A stretch of 64,000 nt of DNA from Leucoraja ocellata (lineage: Eukaryota): assembly GCA_036785375.1 (NCBI GenBank), contig JAWMAR010000268.1, forward strand, positions 1,860,001 through 1,924,000. Direction: 5' to 3'. The notes under the pieces were generated by a model that searched no databases, had not been told where the DNA came from, and saw nothing but the letters and a program-made list of their open reading frames with translations. Made by a program: the position numbers and the translations under genes. Below, piece after piece: positions 39,226 through 50,905 of the stretch (position 1 is the first letter of the stretch; each line of letters starts with the position of its first letter).

Positions 39226-41222
39226 CTATGGAGTAAATTACAAACTGAATAAAATAAAACTGAAATGACATTTATTTGTGAAAATAATATTTATTTTGCA
39301 AGGTACACAGCTTCAGTAAATACAATGCTTTGTGCAGGCGTCTCAACTATTTATAATCTGCAGTGATGATTTGGATGAAGGGACAAAATGCCCAAGTCAA
39401 GTCAAGTTAAGTTTATTTGTCACATACACATACGAGATGTGCAGTGAAATGAAAGTGGCAATGCTTGCGGACTTTTGTGCAAAAGACAAACAACAAAACA
39501 ACCAAACAAATTATAAACACAATCATAACACACATATTCTTTTACATAGACCAGCAGCCAAACTTGCTGATGATACAGTGATAGGTGGGTGAACAAACTG
39601 TGAAAATAATGTATGGAGTTTGCAGAGGGATGCAGATCTGAGTAAATGAGCAAGCGTGGGCAGATGGGAGTATATTCTGTGAAAATAGGATATTATCTAC
39701 TTTGGAAAGAAGAATGAAAGAATGAATATTTACATGGTGTGTGGCTACATGTTGTGATAATGGAGAGATCTGAGGGTCCAGTACAAGACACACAAGTAGG
39801 TATAACGTGTGTAGAAAGGAATTGCAGATGCTGGTGCATACTGAGGATAAAATGCAGAGTAACTCAGTGGGTCAGGCAGCATCTCTGGAGAAAGAGGATG
39901 GGTGATGTTTCGCGTCGGGACCCTTCATCACACTGGCCAGTCAGACGGGTCCCGACCTGAAACATCACCCAACCTTCTTCTCCAGAGTTGTTGCCTGACC
40001 TGCTGAGTGACTACAGCACTTTGTATCTATCCTGGGTATAACAAGTTATGCTAATAGAATATTGGCCTTTCTTGCAAAGGATATGGATTACAAATTCAAT
40101 TGATTTTAATTCAATTCTACAGTGTGCTGGCGAACTACATCTAGCATCTTACATCCCTTATAATCCAAGGAAGGATGTGCTTGCATTAGAGAATGTGAAG
40201 GGATAGTATACAGCTCATTAATTCCTGGGGTGAAGGAGATGATGCATGAAGAAAGGTTGAGCAGTTTGGATCTACGATCATTGGTGTAAAGAATAAGAGA
40301 ATATCTTCTTGAAGCGACCAAGAGGGGACTGATGGCGTGAATGCTCAGCTATTTCTCACAGGAAATTCTCCTACAATATTCTGCCCTTTGGCTCCAATTT
40401 ACAAACCGTGTCCAGTTTTGTGTGAAGGATACTAAAAGGAAATATAAACTTTCACCACATTTATACTTCTGCAATGTTTAAATCTGAGGAAATCAGACTA
40501 TATAACTCCATCTCTAAGGGATTGCCATGGAAAAATTGAGTTAATGGTGAAACTTATGTTTTTTGGTGTCTAATTAGTAAATCAAGGCCAACAAGGGATG
40601 TTCTGATGTTTTATATCTCAAGTGCAAGAGAGAAGTGTGTTTTTTACTTTCTCATACGTGAACCAATTCTCTTCCAATGTGCCAGTAAATATATTGATAA
40701 AAATGTCTCAATGTTGTGGGTTAATTCCACTACTGACTATGGTGTAATGCTATACAGAAGCAAGCATAATCCAACTTCTATTAAAGTGAAGTACAAATCT
40801 GTGCTTGGTTGGCAGTGCTAAATGAGCAGTAGGCACAGCTGTAGTTGTACCCTTACAGCACCAGAAACCAAGGTTCGATCCCGATCTTGGGTGCTGTCTG
40901 AATGCAATTTGCATGTTCTCCTGTGACCAGGTGGGTTTCTTCCGGGTGCTCCAGTTTCCACCCACATCCCAATGTAATGCATATTGTTGGCTAATTGGCC
41001 TCTGTGAATTGCCCCTAGTGTGCATGCAGTGGATGAAAGAAGTGTGATCGTGTGAAGCGATCAATGGTCGGTGTTGGCTCGGTGGGCCGGAAGGCCAGTT
41101 TCCATGGAGTACCTTTTAAACAAGCAATCAATAAAGCAGATGCACATAGGACACTGATTCCAAAGTTCTAATGAAGGCAATGCACATTTAAAACATATAA
41201 TATGTAAGGTATGCCAACAAAC

Positions 41223-41310
41223 CTGGGAAAGTGGAAATGATAACTGTTCTCCTTCCTGAGATCCATTCACTCTGCCTTTTTCCTCTACTGCTGATACATC
41301 CAGATCGGTT
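41223..41310 (-). CDS. BRME1: BRME1 coding exon 3 (TDLDVSAVEEK...LSFPLSQ)
   Basis: Acceptor cattactttag, donor GTTTGT, 88 nt, phase 2->0. Ends FPLSQ, like human LPPSQ. Confidence 0.82.
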
Positions 41311-41400
41311 CTAAAGTAATGAGAAAATAGCAATTAAGTGAATCTAATTAAAGTGCATGACACAAGGAACAATTTTGAGAACTAATGCAGTCTTTTATCA

Positions 41401-41587
41401 AAGGTACACAAAAAAGCTGGAGAAACTCAGCGGGTGCAGCAGCATCTATGGAGCGAAGGAAAAAGGCAACGTTTCGGGACGAAACGTTGCCTTTTTCCTT
41501 CGCTCCATAGATGCTGCTGCACCCGCTGAGTTTCTCCAGCTTTTTTGTGTACCTTCGATTTTCCAGCATCTGCAGTTCCTTCTTAAA
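41401..41587. mobile_element. palindromic short Penelope-derived element
   Basis: Perfect 76-bp inverted repeat (41401-41476 and 41480-41555) with a 3-nt loop. Flanking direct repeat CAGTCTTTTATCA (41388-41400 and 41588-41600). Confidence 0.9.
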
Positions 41588-43314
41588 CAGTCTTTTATCA
41601 ATCTTTTTCTACCCAAGAGAAAATAAAGGATTAACCACCTCAGAGCTAAATAAAAATGCTGGTGATGCATTAATGTTTTTCATATTCCCACAACATTTCA
41701 CCCAATTCCCATCAAGATGTATTAATGGAGAAACTAGCAACCATCTGGAAAAGTTGCGAGATAGTCTCCAACGACCGCACAAAATAATTGGAGCTTCAAA
41801 AATTGACCTCCCCCTCATGATCAATTAAACTTTTGAAAATTGCATCACAAATACTATTAGCTATACTAAATGCAGCAATTCGGAGATCAAAATAACCCAA
41901 TGGACCTGAAGGGGAAGAAGATATTCTTGACCCCAAGGGATTGTCTCAGAAGTAGCTAGATCTCTTCCGCTCTGGATTCCGTGGTGGTTAACTAACACGC
42001 TTGACAGAGAGTTGGGTGGGTATTTAGGGACATGATGTGCTTCTTCTGTTGTTTACAGCGAGCATAGCCAGAGGTTATGAAATATTAATTTATTCCACAC
42101 TAAGGGGCAAAGGCAAGAGAATGGGGAAAGATAGAGACTGAAGCCATGACTGAATGGCAGAGGAGACTTGATGGGCTGAATGGCCTTATTCTGCTCCATC
42201 CATCCTCTGTTTATTGTGTCTCATTCAGTGTGGTGCTATCAGTTCAGTTTCCTGTCAGTAGACACAAAATGCTGGAGAAACTCAGCGGGTGAGGCAGCAT
42301 CTATGGAGAGAAGAAATTGGCGACATTTCGGGTTGAGACCCTTCTTCAGAGGAGGTACAGTGGTGGAAGAACCTTCATGTGGTCCGCCCTGTTTCGACGA
42401 ATGCAATCAACCTGGCGTGCACAATCAAATAAGATCAAATAGAACAAGTTGTCCTACAACTTTAGGCTGTGCACGCCATACGCAAGAAGGAGGTACAGTG
42501 AAATGTTTTTGTTGCGTGCTATCAGTCAGCAGAAAGACAACACACGATACGTAATCGAGCCATTTGCAGTGAATAGATACACGATAAGGGAATAACATTT
42601 AGTGCAAGATAAAGCCAGCAAAGTCCGATTAAGGATAGTCTGAGGGTCACCAATGAGGTAGATAGTAGTTCAGCACTGCTCTCTGGTTGTGGTAGGATGA
42701 TTCAGTTGCCTGATAACAGCTGGGAAGAAACTCAGTGTTGGAATGTTTGAATGTCTGGGCTATGACAACAGAGTGATGGTCGTCCATCACTTTGGGTAAA
42801 AACAAAGTGAAGGAACTCGGCAGGCCAGGCAGATTCTTCTTCGGACTGATGACAAGTTTGTAGAAGATTCCTGACCCGAAATATCTCCTGTCCATTTTCC
42901 TCCCACAGATGCTACCTGATCTGCTGAGTTCCTCTGGCATTTTGTTTTTTTTACTCAAGATGCTAGCTAGCATCTGCAGTTTCTTGTTTCTCTATCACTT
43001 TTTAAGTTGCCTCTCAGGAAACTGATATTCTAGAACCTGGATTTCATCCTGCGATGCGGAAAATGCCAGCGTGTGATTTATTTTAAGGTGGAGTGGCTTT
43101 TGCGAACTGATATGAAGAAAGGATAGGCACAGATTTAAGCAGCAACTTGCTCAAGGATCATGGGCAGGAAAAAGTTGCAATTATCCATTAACAATTTATC
43201 CATAATAACATATGAAGTCACAATGAATAGTCCTCCCGAATTCATAGCTGTTAGATTGTACCATGTTCGCACATTATATTGATTTTAAGAGGTTAAGGGA
43301 GGACAATATTTCAC

Positions 43315-43525
43315 CTTTGTTTTTTACATTCCAGATTGTGGTTTATGGTTACTGGTTCTTCATCCTCTCCAGGTTCCATGGCAATTCCCTCTGTGCCTTG
43401 TCTTTCAGTCGCAGTGTTGCATTCTATTTCCATCGTGTCTGTATTCTGGTCCTTCCCAGCTTGGAAACGTTTCTTTCTCAGTGTTCCTGCAACAGGTAAC
43501 AATGTTCTATTTTCTCTTTCTTCAA
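43315..43525 (-). CDS. BRME1: BRME1 coding exon 2 (EERENRTLL...ECKKQR)
   Basis: Acceptor ctcctttgccag, donor GTGAAA, 211 nt, phase 1->2, open and compatible with both neighbouring exons. Confidence 0.78.
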
Positions 43526-44941
43526 CTGGCAAAGGAGTTAAGAAACGGGGACTCTTAAATATTCACCGCGCTTTGGGGTAGAATACAGTATATTTAAGAC
43601 TCTAAATTACATTCTCAAAATATGAATGAATTTAAAAGCAGCCACTAAATAAAGGTAAAGCACAATGCTGCAAAAGTATAAACAAAAGTGAATCAGGAAA
43701 CATTTATTGGAATAAAAACATTATAACATTAACAATTATTCCAGAACTTTGGAATAGTATATTATGAAAATGTTACACTCTCGTTGTGTTGTGCCACATT
43801 TAATTTATAAATGTCCGAGCTTCATGAACTCTTGTACTTCTCAGAATATTCATGTTACAGTTACAAAAAAGGCAACCCTGATTCACAGAAGACCTCCAGA
43901 TTCCTCAAGTGAGTGGAAAGGGTTCTCCTTAAATCTATTCTAGTTTATATGAAGATGCTTGGAGCACAATAGACAATAGGTGCAGGAGTAGGCCGTTCGG
44001 CCCTTCGAGCCAGCACCGTCATTCAATGTGATCATGGCTGATCATCCCCACTGTGATGAAAGGCAAAAACGTCCAATCTTCTTCCTCTTTATTCTCCCGT
44101 GGTCGGGGCAGTCGAACCACCCGCAGTCGGAGCAATCAAAGCCCCCGCAGCCGGTGGTCGAAGCCCCCGCGTCGGGGTGATCGAAAATCCCACTCATAAA
44201 AAGTCACCAGTTTAAGTGTCATGAATGGGTATATTTTGTTTACAATGCCGCCGTTTTTCTATGTAACATCCATGTTGTGTCACATAAATCAGGAAAAGGC
44301 CTGTTTGAAGACAATTGCCCCGCTTAAATATGCATCTGCTTTTTGTTCTCTAAACAGCCTCAGAATAGTTTGACTCTGGTCCTAGCCGGCTCGGATTCTA
44401 CTGACTAATAAATAGTTAGCGACAATTAAATAAATTACAAAAGATAATGGCATGTGTGAACATTCGAACATAAAAACAATAGAAAGAAGGGAAATAAGAG
44501 AAAAATATTTGCAGCTTCTCCAGATTAAGTGCTGAAAGCATTGCAGGTGCAATGAAAGTTGTAAAGCAGCTGTGTGATCTTGGTAACGGGCCAGAATAAG
44601 GGGCCTGATTTTGGCAAGTACTTATGAAAGTGTAATCGTGTTGGAGATAGCATATTTACGGCTTAGGGGAAAGTTCAAAGCCTTACATTGTATATTTCTT
44701 GATTAAAGATATGAAATAAGGGGGAAAGCTTAACACTATTGCAAGAATCACACAACCAACTCCAGCATTTTTAGAGCAAAATCTTTTAGCCTCTAACCAT
44801 CTAACTGCAATATAAAACTAATTATTGTTGTTAACTTAAAATAATGACTTGCAAATCACTTCAGTTTCAGGGAAAAAGCAAATCTGAGAAAGTATCTCGG
44901 CAAGATTGGTGGAAAATGATGACAGACAAGCTTACACTTAC

Positions 44942-44972
44942 TTGCAGGAATTGACATCTTTCTTTTACTCAT
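44942..44972 (-). CDS. BRME1: BRME1 coding exon 1 (MSKRKMSIPA)
   Basis: Acceptor ttgctttgcag with the exon starting at 44986; ATG at 44972; donor GTAAGT; phase 1. Resembles the human N-terminus MTKRKK. Confidence 0.8.
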
Positions 44973-45726
44973 ACCCAAGATATTTTCTGCAAAGCAACAA
45001 AAACTAAAAGTGACACATATCACAGCAAGTTATGGTGTACAAATAAAAATAAGTCTGAAGAGTGAAATAAAGAGAGAATATCTATCAGTAAGGCTATAAA
45101 AAGCTAAAACAGTGCTCAAGTAACAATTTTAAATAGAAACCTGCATTAGAACTAAGTGACTACATATACTTATTTTGCAATAAAATTACTGAATTTATTT
45201 GTTGCTAAATTAATACAAGTGTGGAAACTGAATGTTAACCATTCAATTCAATTATTAATAGCATTGAGGGAATTTTAAAGTTATTACATGCAGGATCTTA
45301 AGAGTTGTAATTTCAGCATTTCCTGCATTAAATGCTAAAATAATTATCCCATATTAAGCAGTAATAACAGTTATGATCATTTATTTCTCTCCCATATGTG
45401 TGACATCCATGTCTAATGGCAGTGTGCTCAGCTAATACAGACCACATAAATATCTTGTACTCAAACACACAGCTTGGACATCTTAAAAGAAACAAGAACA
45501 TTTCCACTTTAACAGCAAAGGACACTTTTAAATCCAAAGAACAGCAGAAAGTAATTACTTCACCAAATGAGCAACAAACACTGCTTTAATTACACTGTTT
45601 GTAATGAGGGTCTTAATCAAATTAATCTGTGGCATTCTCAGCAACAAAGTTTGAAACAAATTCCAGAAGTATCTCAGTAACATTTTGTTTACAAGCATCA
45701 GATGAGCATAGAAAGGAACTGCAGAT

Positions 45727-47275
45727 AACTCCTCTTAAACACTGTGTACACTCTACTGCGTTATCTCTTCAAGATATGCCTACCTTGAAGAAGTTCTCCT
45801 CTTCTCTCTGGAGACAGTTTCACAACCTCCTCTCTAACTGTCCCCCATCTGTGATCCCTCCTGCCCTCCAACTGTACGACCACATTCTTACCCAGACTCG
45901 ATACCACAGCCACATCTGCTTCCTCGGGGCCTGCCTGCGCCTCCATCTCATACCCCATGGCTTCCAGCTACAGTTCCCTACCTCCCAGTTCGGACCGCAA
46001 CTGGACCATCGGTACCGACTGGCCATCCACCGGCATACCCAGCAACTGACTGACTTCATCCACTTCACCACTAATTTCCATCCGGCACTGAAATACACCT
46101 GGACCATTTCCGACACTTCCCTACCATTCCTTGACCTCACTATCTCCATTGCAGGTGATAGACTTCTAACCGACATACACTATAAACCCACTGACTCCCA
46201 TGGCTATCTGGACTACACTTCTTCCCACCCTGCTTCCTGTAAGGACTCCATCCCCTACTCCCAATTCCTCCGTCTACGCCGCATCTGCTCCACGGATGAG
46301 GCGTTCCACACCAGGACATCTGAAATGTCCTCACTATTCAGGGAACGGGGGTTCCCCTCCTCCACCATAAATGAGGCTCGCACCAGGGTCTCTTCCATAC
46401 CCCGCAACACTGCTCTCTCTCCCCATCCCCGCACTCGCAACAAGGGCCGAGTCCCCCTAGTCCTCACCTTTCACCCCACCAGCCGTCACATACAAAAAAT
46501 AATCCTCCGTCAGTTTCGCCACCTCCAACGTGACCCCACTACTCGCCACATCTTCCCATCTCCCCCCATATCTGCCTTCCGCAAAGACCGCTCCCTCCAT
46601 AACTCCCTTGTCAATTCTTCCCTTCCCTCTCGGTCCACCCCCTCCCCGGGCACTTTCCCTTGCGGCCGCAGGAGATGCAACACTTGTCCCTTTGCCTCCC
46701 CCCTCGACTCCGTTCAAGGACCCAAGCAGTCGTTCCAGGTGCGACAGAGGTTTACCTGCATCTCTTCCAACCTCATCTATTGCGTCCGCTGCTCTAGATG
46801 CCAGCAGATCTATATCGGTGAGACCAAGCGGAGGTTGGGCGATCGTTTCGCCGAACACCTCCGCTCGGTCCGCAATAACCAAGCTGACCTCCCGGTGGCT
46901 CAGCACTTCAACTCCCCCTCCCACTCCGCCTCCGACCTCTCTGTCCTGGGTCTCCTCCATGGCCACAGCGAGCAGCACCGGAAATTGGAGGAACAGCACC
47001 TCATATTCCGTTTGGGGACTCTACACCCCCGGGGCATGAACATCGAATTCTCCCAATTCTGTTAGTCCTTGCTGTCTCCTCCCCTTCCTCAGCTCCCCTG
47101 CTGTCTCCTCCCACCCTCCAGCCTTCTGGCTACTCCTCCTTTTCCCTTTCTTGTCCCCACCCACCCCCACCGCCGATCAGTCTGAAGAAGGGTTTCGGCC
47201 CGAAACGTTGCCTATTTCCTTCGCTCCATAGATGCTGCTGCACCCGCTGAGTTTCTCCAGCTTTTCTGTGTAACC
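45727..47275 (+). mobile_element. Penelope-like retroelement, internally deleted, with an in-frame ORF (ATG 45776 to stop 47065) encoding the RT C-terminus/thumb and a GIY-YIG endonuclease
   Basis: LPFLDLTI...IHYKPT and SIPYSQFLRLRRICS (PLE RT C-terminus); CGRRRCNTC; NLIYCVRCSRCQQIYIGET...RFAEH (GIY-YIG). No YxDD motif. Flanked by the direct repeat AAGGAACTGCAGAT (45713-45726 and 47276-47289). Confidence 0.93.
47182..47209 (+). ncRNA. minimal hammerhead-ribozyme-like motif in the Penelope 3' repeat
   Basis: CTGAAGA-A-GGGT(TTCG)GCCC-GAAA-C-GTT: conserved core boxes, helix II, a palindromic ACGT in place of helix III, and an NUH triplet. Such minimal motifs are established for Penelope-like elements. 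Confidence 0.65.
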
Positions 47276-50081
47276 AAGGAACTGCAGATGCTGGTTCTGG
47301 TCAAAGATAGACACAAGTGTTGGAGTAACTCAGCCGGTCAGCCAGCATTTCTGGAGAAAAAGGATGGGTGACATTTTAGGTCGGGACCCTTCTTTGGATT
47401 AAAGATTTTTTTTTAGAGCCATACAGTACGAAAATTGGTCCTTTGATCCAACTTGCACACACCGACCAAGATGCCATCCACACTTGTCTATCTGCAATGT
47501 CTTTTAAATATTGTTATTGTACCTGCCTCAACTACCTCCTCTAGCAGCTTGTTCCATATACCCACCACTCTCTGTGAAGCTTCCTATTAAATTGCTCCCC
47601 TCTCACCTTAAATCTATGTCCTCTGGTTCTTGATTCCCCTACTCTGGGTAAATGGTTTGGGCAATTTACTCTAAAATGTTCCATATTCCTGCGCCTGCAG
47701 TCTATCTTGTGGCATTTCTTCGGGAGCTTATTGCCATAGCAACAAATCACCTATCCATGAGGGTATCCATGTGAACTGTTCAAACAGTACCCTTTCACAG
47801 ATTTACAGTAAACTTGTGTTTAATACATGTTATAGAACTGAAGGGTTCAAGAAGGCAGTAAACTTCTACTCCCACCTTCAGAACAGTGGCTAGCTCAACA
47901 TTAAACTGATGGCAAGACCAAGCGTTGACTCGGCGACATTTTGCTGAACATTTGCGTTCAGTCCGCCAAGGCCAATTGGATCTCCTGGTTTCTAACCATT
48001 TTAACTCCCTTTCCGATTACCATACTGGCCTTTCTGACTTTGGCCTCCTCCGCTGACAGAGTGAGGCCACACGCAAATTGGAACACTTCATATTTTGCTT
48101 GGGTAGCTTACAACACAACGGTATGAATGTTGAATTGTCTAATGTTAGGTAATTTCTACAAACACTGGCCTACCCCATTCCTTTGATTTTATCCTCCGCT
48201 CATTGCACTCCTCATCCTCCCTCCACTATAAGTCGGTTAACCAGTTACAAAGATCGCAACTTGTATTCCTCTTGGGATCATATCGTCCCTAGCCAACATT
48301 CGGCCTATTAGGGAAACATCCTGCCCGAGGTAATCTGTTGCCAGCTCTTATATGTCATGGTCTTTACTTGCTTCCAGTTACCCTTATCCCCCCCCCCCCT
48401 CTTCCCTCCTCCCCATAATCACTGGAGCAGGTTCCCAACTCAAAATGTCACCTGTCCATTTTCTTCAGAAATGCTGCCTGACCCGCTGAGATAGTCCAGC
48501 ATTTTGCATCCATCTTTAGTATAAACCAGCATCTGCAGTCCCTTTATATTATATTTTATTACACTGATATGCCAGGCCAGGCAATAAGGTTATAGCAGGT
48601 GGGAGACCCTTTGCAAAAGTCCAATATACATAGCATTATCTGCTATTCTCACTGAATTAAACATCTATTCATAATTTCAACTGATACCTTACTTAATTTA
48701 TAAGCATTTGACAGCTAAACTGAATATCATTCATTTCATGTGTTGTCTGCTGATCAATAATCACATGGTCAGCGGTTGGTGTGTGAGGGAGGGAGGAGAA
48801 GGGTAACTGACAGGCGCCCGCCCTGCTGAGTTTATCCAGCACTCTGTGTTTTGCTCAAGATTCCAGCATTTGCAGTTTCATGTGACTCGATAATTTTGGA
48901 GGAACTGTGCTTTGGAGATTTCAATTTGGCATTATGGGAGGGAAAATGCTTTAAAAACTGGTTTGAGAATGTTGGAGTAGTACCCCACCCTAGGCAGCAT
49001 TCAAGCATGCAGCTTCCCGAGCTCTGGGCCACCTGTCTCACCCGTAAGGCCAAATTCAGCCCAAAAAACTCGTCATACAGCTTTATAGATAGTCATATGG
49101 CATAGAAACAGACTTTTTGACCCAACCTTTCCGTGCCAACCAGGATGCCCATCTAAGCTAAACCTATTTGCCTGAATTTGGTTCATATCCCGAAACCCTT
49201 CCTTGGTTGCCCTCCCGTGGGAAAAATACTGTGCATTTACAGTCTATTCCTCTCATGATCTTATACATTTCCATAAGAACCTGAGGCAGATGTGATCGCT
49301 GCCTCCCCTGGTGCTTTTTCATTGTAGTTTTACGATGAGACCAGCGAGCACAAATGTAATATATTTATATGCGAAACAAGTTACCTGTACTATGGAAGGC
49401 AAGGACGTGTAATGAAGGATCGGCCTGCGCTCCAGTCCAAGCCTGCCCAACCTCTCCCTGTAACTCTGGCCTTCGAGTTCTGGCAACTTGACCATTAATG
49501 AAACATCGCTGTACCCTTTCCAGCTAAGCACCACTCTTCCTGTAGCAGAATGACCAAACCTGACCACAATACTCTGAATAACGCCTCACCAATGTCTTGT
49601 ACAACTGTAGCATAACATCCTAACCTCTATAGTCAATACCCTGCCCTGACTGACAAAGGCCAATGTTCTTCTTCTTGGTTTCTTGGTCCTCCAAAATGTT
49701 CCAAATGGAATTTAAACTGGAGGTGGTGAAGGGAGGGCTTAAGCCAGAAAGGGTTATTGGGAAGAAAGAGCTACTTTAAATTTAGTTGCATCTGGTTGGG
49801 TAACTGTAGTAGGGTGGAGATTATTCCATGCTTTATTTGTGCGGGGGAAGAACAGAATCATTTAATCCTTCTCATTAACACGCTCTTTTCGCAAGTTTCC
49901 GATATAAATATATACTCAAATGATCTAACTACCTGGATATTTTTCGTGTTAATAAACTCCGCGTTCCCACACGAAGCTCACAGCTCCTTCCCGCCCGATT
50001 CGCCAGTGTAATATGCGCCTGCGCGGCACCTTGGGTAGTGTAGTTCCATTGTGGTCCACTCTGACTGTAACGATGGACAGC

Positions 50082-50440
50082 GAACTACATCTCCCGGCAG
50101 GCACAGCGCATGTTGCTCCGTCGCTTAGTGACCGGATGAACTACAACGCCAGGCAGGCACACAGCTAACAACGATAAGTCGAACTACAACTCCCGGCAGG
50201 CACAGCGCAGGGTTGCCCCTATTGCAAACGACGTCAGCTTGAACTACAACTCCCGGCAGGCACAGCGCACGGTACCCCTATTGCAAACGACGTCACGTTG
50301 AACTACAACTCCCGGCAGGCACAGCGCAGGGTTGCCCCAATTGCAAACGACGTCACGTTGAACTACAACTCCCGGCAGGCACAGCGCAGGGTGCCCCTAT
50401 TGCAAACGACGTCAGGGTGAACTACAACTCCCGGCAGGCA
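50082..50440 (+). repeat. minisatellite, 59-60 bp unit containing GAACTACAACTCCCGGCAGGCA (ZNF143/SBS-type motif)
   Basis: Units start at 50181, 50241, 50300, 50360 and 50419, with degenerate units at 50082 and 50138. An inverted motif lies at 50023-50046. Confidence 0.92.
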
Positions 50441-50845
50441 GAGCAGCCGCCATTTTCCTCTAGCACCGAAGGAACGAACACGAAAACCTGCGTCCAGCGC
50501 GGCTCCGGGTTCGTTCACGACAGTGTGGGCATTTGTTTACGGCTGTTTGGGCGTTTGTTTGCGGCTGTGTGGGCAGAGCCGTCAACTTGCGCTTGTTTGC
50601 CCGCCGGCGGTGGCGAGCAAAGAGCAAAGAGGGGGCGAGGTGAAGGCGGAAGCGCGGAGAGTTGGCGCTGTGGCAGACGTGATCTCCCCTCACACTCCGG
50701 CCTGAGCACTCGGAATATTCCCATTCTCATCGAGATGTGTTCCCCTCTCGGCGGCCCCGCCTAGGTGGGGTGGGGTGGGGATCGAAGGTTTCGGACGTGT
50801 AGTTCTCCCCTCGGATATGAGGCTGTGAGAGCCGGGCTGCGGGCG

Positions 50846-50905
50846 ATGAACAGGCGCAAGAGAGCTCCGGAGCCCAAGGGCCAAGGAGTGGCCAAGGCCA
50901 GACAG
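50846..50905 (+). CDS. CC2D1A: CC2D1A coding exon 1 (MNRRKRAPEPKGQGVAKARQ)
   Basis: ATG...CAG|GTGAGG, 60 nt. Resembles human MHKRKGPPGPPGRGAAAARQ. Head-to-head with BRME1 as in human, which favours 1A over 1B. Confidence 0.88.

Noticed and set aside
46457-47039. Overlapping 180-aa and 169-aa ORFs
   Set aside because: Alternative-frame and antisense shadows of the GC-rich Penelope ORF.
50082-50440. CRISPR-like repeat-spacer appearance
   Set aside because: The spacers are near-identical to one another, there are no cas genes, and the context is a vertebrate promoter. It is a minisatellite.
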